Shown here piece by piece: positions 9,307 to 17,213 of a stretch of DNA of 37,422 bases (its first letter is position 1; each line of letters opens with the position of its first letter). The stretch is from Candidatus Micrarchaeia archaeon (lineage in GTDB: Archaea; Micrarchaeota; Micrarchaeia; Micrarchaeales; CABMGC01), in contig JBMFIM010000008.1 of the NCBI GenBank assembly GCA_049976305.1, positions 1-37,422 of the forward strand, given 5' to 3'. Position numbers and translations under genes: made by a program. A model generated the notes under the pieces. It made no database searches and was not told the origin of the DNA. It worked only from the letters and a program-made list of their open reading frames with translations.

Positions 9307-10095
9307 CTACATATATCCGAGAGCCCTAAGCCTCTGCATGATATAAGCCTTTTCCTTGTCCTGCTCTCTGCCTGATCTTTCTTCAACATTGGTTGTTTTT
9401 AGTTCATTTATTATGTCATCTACTGTTTTTGCGTCTGATTTTATTGGCACCGTACAATGTGTGCAGCCAAGGCTTCTATAGCGGTAGCCATTCCTAGAGA
9501 AGTACAGAGGGTTTACAGGTATATGCTCCCTTTTGATGTAGCGCCAAATGTCTATTTCATTCCAGTCCAAAAGCGGGTGCACCCTAACGTGCCCTCCTTC
9601 CTCTATCTTTGAAGAGTAGTCATCCCAAAGCTCTGGTGGCTGATTCTTGTAGTTCCACTTGAAGTTCTTGTCCCTGACGCTCATGTACCTTTCCTTAGCC
9701 CTTATCGCGTGCTCGTCTCTTCTTATCGACACTATTAAAGCTTTAAACTTGTACTTTGCCATTACCTTCTTCAGTGCTTCAGTCTTATTGGCCCCGCAAC
9801 AGCTAAACCCAGAAATCTCAGGTTTTATCTCGCTTTTCGCCACTATCAGGTTGAGCTTCCATTTTTTAACGAGGTCGTCCCTGAATTTATAGGACTCAGG
9901 AAAATCTATGCCGTTATCAATGTGAATTACTGGAAAAGGCACCTTGCCGAGAAAAGCCTTCCTTGCAATTGCAAGCATTGTAGTGCTGTCCTTTCCCATG
10001 CTCCAAAGTGCGGCAATATTGCCAAACTTTTCCTTTGCTTCTCTCATTATGTATATGCTCCTCTCTTCCAATTCATCAAGATCTTGCTCTATCAT
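9307..10095 (-). CDS. cysD: Sulfate adenylyltransferase subunit 2
   Basis: LDELEERSIYIMREA start, PP-loop WSMGKDS, RRDE..RAKER, NQPPELW, RVHPLLDW, YRSLGC, ERSGREQD, C-terminal RLRALGYM. Confidence 0.92.
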   Translation of the reverse strand: MIEQDLDELEERSIYIMREAKEKFGNIAALWSMGKDSTTMLAIARKAFLGKVPFPVIHIDNGIDFPESYKFRDDLVKKWKLNLIVAKSEIKPEISGFSCCGANKTEALKKVMAKYKFKALIVSIRRDEHAIRAKERYMSVRDKNFKWNYKNQPPELWDDYSSKIEEGGHVRVHPLLDWNEIDIWRYIKREHIPVNPLYFSRNGYRYRSLGCTHCTVPIKSDAKTVDDIINELKTTNVEERSGREQDKEKAYIMQRLRALGYM

Positions 10096-10106
10096 TTTAT
10101 CAGCTC

Positions 10107-10424
10107 TTAAAACTTGTTAATATTAAGCAATCCTTTCAGATAGTAAGTTGCGCCCTCTATTTTCTTCTTTTCTTTTATGAAAATCGGTATCTTCGCTATC
10201 GGCCTCTGGGCAGAATCATAAAGCTCAACGTAGGACTTTGTAAGATCCTGCACGCCTCTCAGCTTGCCATCAATGTAGACTGTTTTGTAGTATTTGGCCT
10301 TGCTTTTTGGGAGAAGTTTCTGAAATTTTTCCCAGTTTTCCTTTACTGGATTTCTGTTCAATTCTTCAACGATTTCCTCAAATTTTGAAGCTACCATGGA
10401 ATTACCCGTATCAAACATAACCAA
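10107..10424 (-). CDS. Hypothetical basic protein (about 100 aa) in the cysDN cluster
   Basis: ORF fills the gap between the RHH gene and cysD on the same strand; no motif recognised; start uncertain. Confidence 0.6.
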   Translation of the reverse strand: MVMFDTGNSMVASKFEEIVEELNRNPVKENWEKFQKLLPKSKAKYYKTVYIDGKLRGVQDLTKSYVELYDSAQRPIAKIPIFIKEKKKIEGATYYLKGLLNINKF

Positions 10425-10650
10425 GTGCCTTAAGCTTTTCTATCACGCTATCTTTGCTTGAGCTTCCTTTGCTCTTTAGATCACTTACCATTTCACGCAG
10501 GATGAATGTAACATAATCTGAAACGGACGAGAAGCCAGTATCTTTTATCTGCTCCTGCAGTTTTTCGAATAGGGGCCTCGGAATAGTGATTGTAGTATAC
10601 TTTCTACCTTCTTCGCTCTCCTTGGCTTTTGCCCTTGCTGCTTGATTCAT
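10411..10650 (-). CDS. Ribbon-helix-helix (CopG-like) regulator with C-terminal LKALGY tail
   Basis: YTTITIPRPLFEKLQEQIKDTGFSSVSDYVTFILRE is a beta-strand plus two helices of RHH type; ends VIEKLKALGYV. Confidence 0.85.
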   Translation of the reverse strand: MNQAARAKAKESEEGRKYTTITIPRPLFEKLQEQIKDTGFSSVSDYVTFILREMVSDLKSKGSSSKDSVIEKLKALGYV

Positions 10651-10761
10651 AATTTAATTGAAATACATTAAAATATAAAAAGGTTTGCATAGAAAGAGAG
10701 CAGCACTGTACGCAGAAAAGACCGAAAAAATTTAAATTATGTTTGGACTTAATGAATAAGC

Positions 10762-11040
10762 ATGGATGCAGATGCAGAGTACGTGCTGCAACATGTCTCA
10801 AGGCTTGCAAGGCTCCAGCTAACCGACGAAGAAAGGCAGAAGTTTGCTAAGCAGATACAAGACGTACTTAATCTATTCAACAAGGTCGCAAGTGCAAATG
10901 TTGAAGGCGAGCCGGCGTATCACTGCATCGAAGCAGAGAATGGACTAAGGCCTGACAAGCCCGTAAAATTTGACTGGGATCCGCTTTCAAATGCAAAGCA
11001 TGTTGAAGGAAAATACATAAAAAGTCCAAAGATTGTTTAG
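10762..11040 (+). CDS. gatC: Asp/Glu-tRNA amidotransferase subunit C
   Basis: HVSRLARLQLTDEE...LRPD...YIKSPKIV; precedes gatA. Confidence 0.92.
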   Translation: MDADAEYVLQHVSRLARLQLTDEERQKFAKQIQDVLNLFNKVASANVEGEPAYHCIEAENGLRPDKPVKFDWDPLSNAKHVEGKYIKSPKIV

Positions 11041-11058
11041 GGTGAGCTTATTGAATAC

Positions 11059-12462
11059 ATGCGCACTTTAAAGGAGCATATTGAAGCAGTAAAATCAGGT
11101 AGCATAGACCTTGCTGATTTTTCTGCAAAAGTTGTCGAAGAGGCAAAGCGCGTGCAAGCAGCCTATGCTCCCTTCATTTCCGTAGCTGAATCTATAAAGT
11201 TTGAAGTAACACCACAAAGCTTGCTTCCTGGAGTACCCGTGGCAGTAAAAGACAACATCTGTACAAAAGGCATGAGAACTACTGCTGGATCGAAGATTCT
11301 TGAAAACTATGTACCACCATTTGATGCGACTGTTGTGGAAAAGGTAAAGAAGGAGGGAGCAGGCATAGTCGGCAAAACCGCAATGGACGAATTTGGGTTT
11401 GGAACTTTCTCTACAAACTGTGCGTTTGGCGTGCCTAAGAACCCTTTAGATCCGGAGCGTTCATGCGGTGGTAGCAGTGGCGGATCTGCCGGGGCTGTAG
11501 CTGCGTTCAAGCTGCCGATAGTATCGATAGCTGAATCTACTGGTGGCAGTATAACATGCCCTGCAGCATTTACAGGCACAGTAGGCATAACTCCAACCTA
11601 TGGCCTCGTATCAAGATGGGGGCTTATCGATTACGCCAACTCGCTTGACAAGATAGGCACCATAGGAAAGAGCGTTTACGATGCTGCACTTTTGCTATCT
11701 GCTATTGCAGGATACGATGAAAAAGATGCCACTTCTCTGCGAACGCAGAATACAGATTATGCAGCCTTTGCAAAGCCTGACGGAAAGAAGCTAAGGATAG
11801 GCCTGCCAGAAGAATATTTCTCAAGCGCGGTAGACAGTGGCATAATCAAAGAAGTAGAAAGGCTTGCAGACAGGCTAAACTCGCTAGGCTTCGAATTGGA
11901 GCGGATCTCTCTTCCTTCTACAGAACTTGCAATACCCACATACTACATAATTTCAATGTCTGAAGCTTCTACAAACCTTGCGAAATTCAGTGGCCTAAGG
12001 TACGGCCTACAGCTGGAATTTGATGAAAAGCAGAACATAGAGGAATACTTTACTAGGGTAAGGACTGAGGGCTTTGGAGAAGAAGCAAAGAGAAGAATAA
12101 TACTTGGCACGTTCACAAGAATGGCTGGTTACAAAGACCGGTACTATCTCAAGGCTCTGAAAATAAGAAAAAGGATAATAAATGAGTTCAAGCAGGCATT
12201 TGCAAAGGTCGATGTACTGCTTGCTCCGTCAATGCCCATAATGCCGCCAAAGTTCAGCGAAATAGAAAAGTTAGAACCTGCACAGGTATACATGATGGAC
12301 ATACTTACCGTCGCGCCGAACATGGCCGGCATGCCCACAGTTGCTTTGCCTATAGGTCACATAAACGGCTTGCCTGTTTCAGTTCAGGTAATAGCGGACC
12401 ATCTGCAAGAAGGCAAGGCCATTCAAATGGCCAGCATAATAGAGGGATTGAATGGAAGATGA
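11059..12462 (+). CDS. gatA: Asp/Glu-tRNA amidotransferase subunit A
   Basis: Amidase signature VAVKDN, GKTAMDEFG, GGSSGGSA, TGGSITCPA; EASTNLAKFSGLRYG; GFGEEAKRRIILGTF. Confidence 0.96.
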   Translation: MRTLKEHIEAVKSGSIDLADFSAKVVEEAKRVQAAYAPFISVAESIKFEVTPQSLLPGVPVAVKDNICTKGMRTTAGSKILENYVPPFDATVVEKVKKEGAGIVGKTAMDEFGFGTFSTNCAFGVPKNPLDPERSCGGSSGGSAGAVAAFKLPIVSIAESTGGSITCPAAFTGTVGITPTYGLVSRWGLIDYANSLDKIGTIGKSVYDAALLLSAIAGYDEKDATSLRTQNTDYAAFAKPDGKKLRIGLPEEYFSSAVDSGIIKEVERLADRLNSLGFELERISLPSTELAIPTYYIISMSEASTNLAKFSGLRYGLQLEFDEKQNIEEYFTRVRTEGFGEEAKRRIILGTFTRMAGYKDRYYLKALKIRKRIINEFKQAFAKVDVLLAPSMPIMPPKFSEIEKLEPAQVYMMDILTVAPNMAGMPTVALPIGHINGLPVSVQVIADHLQEGKAIQMASIIEGLNGR

Positions 12463-13867
12463 AGTAATAATAGGGCTTGAAGTGCACGTCAGGCTCTTGA
12501 CAAAAACAAAGTTATTCTGCTCGTGCGAGAACAAGGAAGTAGAAGAGCCCAATACGAACGTCTGCCCTGTCTGCATGGGATTTCCTGGCACAAAACCTAT
12601 GCTGAATGAAAAAGCGATCGAGCTCGCCACGCTTGCTGCCATGGCGCTTAATTGCAAAATCAACAAAACCTTCTCCTTCTCTAGGAAAGTTTATTTCTAC
12701 CCAGACCTGCCAAAGAACTTCCAAATAACGCAATATGATGCGCCGATAGGCGTAGAAGGAGAGCTTATGCTTCTGAAAGCGGGAAGGAAAATAAGAATAA
12801 GAAGAATACATGTAGAGGAAGACCCTGCAAGGCTTGTGCATGTTGGCGGCGACATTACTTCAGCTTCGTACGCCCTTGTTGATTACAACAGATCAGGCAT
12901 GCCGCTCATTGAGATTGTTACAGAACCAGACCTTAAAACACCTGCAGAGGCTAGAGAGGCTGTAGCTACGCTTGCGCTAGTGCTAGGCCACATAGGCGTG
13001 TGCGACCCCTCTGCAGAAAGCGCAATAAGGGTTGATGCAAACATATCGCTCGCTGGTGGAAAGAGGGTCGAGATAAAGAACATAACAGGCTTTGCAAACG
13101 TTGAAAAGGCGCTTTTGTTCGAAATTGCTAGGCAAAAACAGCTTCGTGCAATGCATATGGAGGTTGAGCAGGAAACAAGGCATTTTGACGAGATAAAAAA
13201 GACCACATCTTCGCTTAGGACCAAGGAAAGTGAAGAAGATTACGGCTACATATTCGAGCCGGATTTGCTGACATACCGCATCACAGACTCTATGCTAGGT
13301 TCTCTTGCACCGGCCTTAGAGGAGTTGCCAGGTAAAAGAATAAGCAGACTTATTAGCAAATACCAAATACCTGAAAACTATGCACGTATAATCGTATACG
13401 AAGGCAAAAACTTTGCAGACTTCTTCGAGCACACTGCGGACATATTCGGAGACAGAATTATGCTTGCAAAATGGTCAGTTGGCGACTTGCTTAAATGCCT
13501 CAACTATAATAGGATAGATGTTTCGCAGGCAAAGATAACACCACAATCCTATGCAGAATTTCTTTCAATAATAAAGAGCGGAGAAATAACCGAAAGACTA
13601 GGAAAGGAGCTTATAAAGGAGTTTGTAGCAACTGGCACAGATCCAAAGAGATTAGCAGAAAGATATAAAAATGAAAATTTTGAAAATTTAGACTTGACAC
13701 AGGTTATAGAAGCAGTCATCAAGGAAAACCCTAAAGCAGTAGAAGACTATAGAAAAGGAAACCAGAAGGCATTGCAGTTCCTTATAGGCAAGGTGCTTGA
13801 AAAGACCAACAATACTGCTGACCCCAAAAAGGTAAAGGATATGCTTAATGCCCGAGTAGCTCAGTAG
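12452..13867 (+). CDS. gatB: Asp/Glu-tRNA amidotransferase subunit B
   Basis: IGLEVH, KLFCSC, CPVCMGFPG, YFYPDLPKNFQITQ, HVEED, DYNRSGMPLIEIVTEPD, RVDANIS, YqeY-like tail; stop codon lies inside tRNA-Asn. Confidence 0.97.
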   Translation: MEDEVIIGLEVHVRLLTKTKLFCSCENKEVEEPNTNVCPVCMGFPGTKPMLNEKAIELATLAAMALNCKINKTFSFSRKVYFYPDLPKNFQITQYDAPIGVEGELMLLKAGRKIRIRRIHVEEDPARLVHVGGDITSASYALVDYNRSGMPLIEIVTEPDLKTPAEAREAVATLALVLGHIGVCDPSAESAIRVDANISLAGGKRVEIKNITGFANVEKALLFEIARQKQLRAMHMEVEQETRHFDEIKKTTSSLRTKESEEDYGYIFEPDLLTYRITDSMLGSLAPALEELPGKRISRLISKYQIPENYARIIVYEGKNFADFFEHTADIFGDRIMLAKWSVGDLLKCLNYNRIDVSQAKITPQSYAEFLSIIKSGEITERLGKELIKEFVATGTDPKRLAERYKNENFENLDLTQVIEAVIKENPKAVEDYRKGNQKALQFLIGKVLEKTNNTADPKKVKDMLNARVAQ

Positions 13868-13922
13868 GTAGAGCGACCGGCTGTTAACCGGTAGGTCGTC
13901 AGTTCGAGTCTGACCTTGGGCG
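13850..13922 (+). tRNA. tRNA-Asn (anticodon GUU), overlapping the last 18 nt of gatB
   Basis: GCCCGAGTAGCTCAGTAGGTAGAGCGACCGGCTGTTAACCGGTAGGTCGTCAGTTCGAGTCTGACCTTGGGCG; anticodon loop CT-GTT-AA; discriminator G. Confidence 0.96.
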
Positions 13923-13969
13923 CTCCCTGCTTAACTTTTAAATATTAAAGGGGATATAGTCGTGATAAC

Positions 13970-15283
13970 ATGTTGCGGGACACGTACATAAGCCAGGTGT
14001 CTACAGAGCCTGGGAAGGAGTATACAATCGGAGGCTGGATATCAAGGCTCAAAGAGCTGAAGAATGCAAGATTCATATGGGTGTCTGACAAGACTGGCAC
14101 CATACAAATAAGCCTAGTAAAGGACAAGGTAGATGCATCATTGTTTGAAATGTTTGACAATCTCAATCTGCATGATTTTGTAGTGGTAAAAGGAAAAGTA
14201 CCAGAACAAATAATGGCAAAGAATTTCAAAGAGCTTATACCAACGAAGATCACAGTAGTGGGCAAGGCTGAGAAGCCCCTGCCCATAGACATGTCTGGCT
14301 TGGTAGAGTCTGAGCTTGAGACGAGGCTCGACTGGCGTTCTATAGCACTAAGAAACAAAAATTTGATGTTCGTTCTCAAGGCAGAATCGAGCCTAATAGA
14401 AGGAATGGAAAACTACCTTAACAAACACGACTTTACAATAGTCTTCACTCCTAGCATAATTGGCGTAGCTGCAGAGGGAGGCTCAGAGGTATTCCCCATC
14501 GTTTACTATGACAAAACTACATATTTGAGGCAGGACCCTCAGCTCCACAGACAGCTTCTCATGGTAGCAGGCCTTGACAAGATCTACGAGATCGGGCCAA
14601 GCTGGAGGGCAGAGCTTAGCCACACTCCAAGGCATCTTTCTGAACATAGAACCTGCGCGGCTGAGATATCTTTCATAGAAGACGAACACGATGTTATGAA
14701 GCTAGAGGAGGAGCTTGTCCAGGCAGCTCTAAAGAATGTAGTTGATAGGCATAAGGATGAACTCGATGAGCTGGGAATAGAGGTCACAGTGCCTAAAACT
14801 CCTTTCCCAGAACTAAAATTTCCAGAGATCTATGACTTGCTTGAGGAGCTTGGTAAGAAGCTTGAACATGGAGAGGACTTAGACCACGAATCAGAGCTTT
14901 TGCTTGCAAAGTATGTTAAGGAGAAGTACAACAGCGAATTCTTCTTTGTAAACAGATTCCCTTACAAGGTAAAGCCGTTCTATGTCATGCGCGTGGATGA
15001 CGAGCCTGAGTATGCAAGAAGCATAGACCTTATCTATAAAGGCGTCGAGCTCAGCTCTGGAGGCCAAAGAGAGCATAGGTATGAGAAGATAATAGAGCAG
15101 GCAAAGGAGAAGGGGCTTAGCGAAGGCAGCTACATGTGGTTTGCCAAATTCTTCAAATATGGCGCTCCGCCACATGGCGGCTTCTCCATAGGCATTGAGC
15201 GCACTGTGATGCAGATGCTTAACATGCAGAACATACTTGAAGCCGCTGCTTTTCCGAGAACCCCTGAAAGAACAGTCCCTTGA
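13970..15283 (+). CDS. aspS: Archaeal-type aspartyl-tRNA synthetase (discriminating status uncertain)
   Basis: OB-fold N-terminus; AAEGGSEVF, YLRQDPQLHRQ, EIGPSWRAE..HTPRHLSE, ELSSGGQREH, YGAPPHGGFSIGIER, FPRTPER. Confidence 0.95.
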   Translation: MLRDTYISQVSTEPGKEYTIGGWISRLKELKNARFIWVSDKTGTIQISLVKDKVDASLFEMFDNLNLHDFVVVKGKVPEQIMAKNFKELIPTKITVVGKAEKPLPIDMSGLVESELETRLDWRSIALRNKNLMFVLKAESSLIEGMENYLNKHDFTIVFTPSIIGVAAEGGSEVFPIVYYDKTTYLRQDPQLHRQLLMVAGLDKIYEIGPSWRAELSHTPRHLSEHRTCAAEISFIEDEHDVMKLEEELVQAALKNVVDRHKDELDELGIEVTVPKTPFPELKFPEIYDLLEELGKKLEHGEDLDHESELLLAKYVKEKYNSEFFFVNRFPYKVKPFYVMRVDDEPEYARSIDLIYKGVELSSGGQREHRYEKIIEQAKEKGLSEGSYMWFAKFFKYGAPPHGGFSIGIERTVMQMLNMQNILEAAAFPRTPERTVP

Positions 15284-15359
15284 CCATCAACTACTAGGCT
15301 TGCTAGAATCGGAGAAATAGAAATAAGAAATTAATCAGAGAAGTTATGCTGTGTATAGT

Positions 15360-15635
15360 ATGCAAGAAGAAACGAATGTTGACGAAAAAACGAAAAATCT
15401 CAACAGAGCAAGGCAGTCCCTTATTGAGGAACTGCAGGCAATGATGTGGTACGACGAGAGAATAAGCGCAACGAAAGACAAGGAGCTAGCAGGCATACTT
15501 GCCCACAACAGAGATGACGAAAAGGAGCATGCAACGCTGCTGCTAGAATGGCTTAGAAGGAACGATCCAGCTCTGAAAAAGGAGCTCGAGGAGATACTCT
15601 TCAGCAACAAGCAATTCAAAGATCTCTGGGACTAA
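15360..15635 (+). CDS. Encapsulated-ferritin-type (EncFtn) ferritin-like protein without cargo-loading tail
   Basis: RARQSLIEELQAMMWYDER...ILAHNRDDEKEHATLLLEWLRRND matches the EncFtn two-helix ferroxidase pattern; ATG 15360 is the likely start. Confidence 0.88.
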   Translation: MQEETNVDEKTKNLNRARQSLIEELQAMMWYDERISATKDKELAGILAHNRDDEKEHATLLLEWLRRNDPALKKELEEILFSNKQFKDLWD

Positions 15636-15638
15636 GCT

Positions 15639-16337
15639 ATGGAGTGCTTTGTAGGCACGTCTGGTTGGCTTTACTCGTGGAACGAAGATGGAACTCTAGA
15701 TTGGTATATAGCACATAGCGGGCTCAATGCGATAGAGCTTAATGCAAGCTTCTACAGGTTTCCTTTCCCAAACCAGGTCAAGGGCTGGTCCTCTAAGGGA
15801 AGCAGCCTCACTTGGGTGGTAAAGGTAAATAGGCTAATAACCCATGTGCATATGCTTAACAAAAAGGCAGAGGAGCTCTATAGCAGGTTTCTTGAAATAC
15901 TGAAGCCTCTAGATAGCAGGATTGCTTTTTACCTCTTCCAGTTCCCTCCCCATTTCACCACAAACATGAAAGAGCGGCTTCTGGATTTCGCAAGAAAGTT
16001 CGATGAAAAGAAGATGGCTTTTGAATTCAGGAACAGCACATGGTATTCTTTTGATTTCTCTGAGCTTGACTTCGAAGGAGCAATAGTAACACCTGACTCG
16101 CCAGAGATCAGTGGGGAAGTGTGGACTAAGAACAGCACGATCTATCTCAGGTTTCACGGAAGGGAAAGCTGGTACGCCTACAATTATTCTGCTAAAGAGC
16201 TTGAGGAAATGGCAAGGCGTGCCTTGGCGCTCGAACCTAGAAGACTCTTTGCATTCTTCAACAACAATCACGACATGCTTGGCAACGCAAGGTCTTTTTT
16301 GCGTATACTTAGCCAGGTGGGACCTTGCAAAAAGTAG
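15639..16337 (+). CDS. DUF72 (YecE-like) protein
   Basis: VGTSGW, IELNASFYRFP, VKVNRLITH, LFQFPP, AFEFRN..W, YLRFHGR, FFNN. Confidence 0.92.
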   Translation: MECFVGTSGWLYSWNEDGTLDWYIAHSGLNAIELNASFYRFPFPNQVKGWSSKGSSLTWVVKVNRLITHVHMLNKKAEELYSRFLEILKPLDSRIAFYLFQFPPHFTTNMKERLLDFARKFDEKKMAFEFRNSTWYSFDFSELDFEGAIVTPDSPEISGEVWTKNSTIYLRFHGRESWYAYNYSAKELEEMARRALALEPRRLFAFFNNNHDMLGNARSFLRILSQVGPCKK

Positions 16338-17209
16338 TAGTTGCTAAAGGCCTTACTAAAAGATTCAAAGACGTAACAGCAATAAATGACATTACATTCA
16401 GCATGGAAGAAGGAAGCTTTAATCTGCTTGTAGGACCGAACGGCTCTGGCAAGACAACGCTGGAAAGGCTTATTGTAGGTCTCTATGAGCCGACTGAAGG
16501 AAGTGTAAAAATATTTGGCGAGGAGGCAAGCGCAGCGCCTGTTTCGGTTATGGCGAAAGTAGGCTATGTAGGAGAAAATTACGGCTTGTACGACAATCTT
16601 TCGGTGATTTCCAATCTACTTTTCTTTTCTAGACTTCTAGGAATCGAAAAGAGACAAGCACTAGAAAGGATTGACAAACTCCTCAGCATGCTAGGTGCGG
16701 GAGAGTTTGTAAAGAGGAAAGTCTCAACATTGAGCAGGGGAACAAAGCAAAAAATAGCAGTGTGCAGGGCTTTGCTTGCAAACCCCAGACTACTGGTGCT
16801 TGACGAGCCTACCGCATTCCTAGATCCTGAATCTGCTGAAAAGCTTAGAGAAGCGCTTGCAGAACTTGTAAAAGAAGGCACTACTGTAGTATATGCCACT
16901 CAGAGGCTTGACGAACTAAGCAAATTCAATGCCGATGTTCTTGTGCTTAAAAAGGGCAAGCTCGTTGGATACGGAGACCTTGACAGTGTTGTAAAAATGA
17001 TTAGAGGAATAGAGATAGAAATTTCATATTTGGGCAGACTTTCAAAGGAGCAAGAGAAGGCTATGAAGACTCTTGGCGGCAGGCTCATGGGCAAAAGGAT
17101 TGTATTCAGCATAGGAAGCATAGGTAAGATACCGAAATTAGCGAAAGAGGCGGTGGAGGCTGGGATCAACATTACCTCAATAACCTTCTTGGATTACAAT
17201 CTGCGATGA
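16325..17209 (+). CDS. ABC exporter ATP-binding subunit
   Basis: Walker A GPNGSGKT, signature LSRGTKQK, Walker B LLVLDEPT; TTG start preceded by AGGTGG. Confidence 0.93.
   Translation: MQKVVVAKGLTKRFKDVTAINDITFSMEEGSFNLLVGPNGSGKTTLERLIVGLYEPTEGSVKIFGEEASAAPVSVMAKVGYVGENYGLYDNLSVISNLLFFSRLLGIEKRQALERIDKLLSMLGAGEFVKRKVSTLSRGTKQKIAVCRALLANPRLLVLDEPTAFLDPESAEKLREALAELVKEGTTVVYATQRLDELSKFNADVLVLKKGKLVGYGDLDSVVKMIRGIEIEISYLGRLSKEQEKAMKTLGGRLMGKRIVFSIGSIGKIPKLAKEAVEAGINITSITFLDYNLR
16433..16463 (+). repeat. 31-bp exact direct repeat, copy 1 (Walker A codons of the ABC ATPase)
   Basis: GGACCGAACGGCTCTGGCAAGACAACGCTGG, identical to 23740..23770. Confidence 0.9.
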
Positions 17210-17213
17210 TAAA

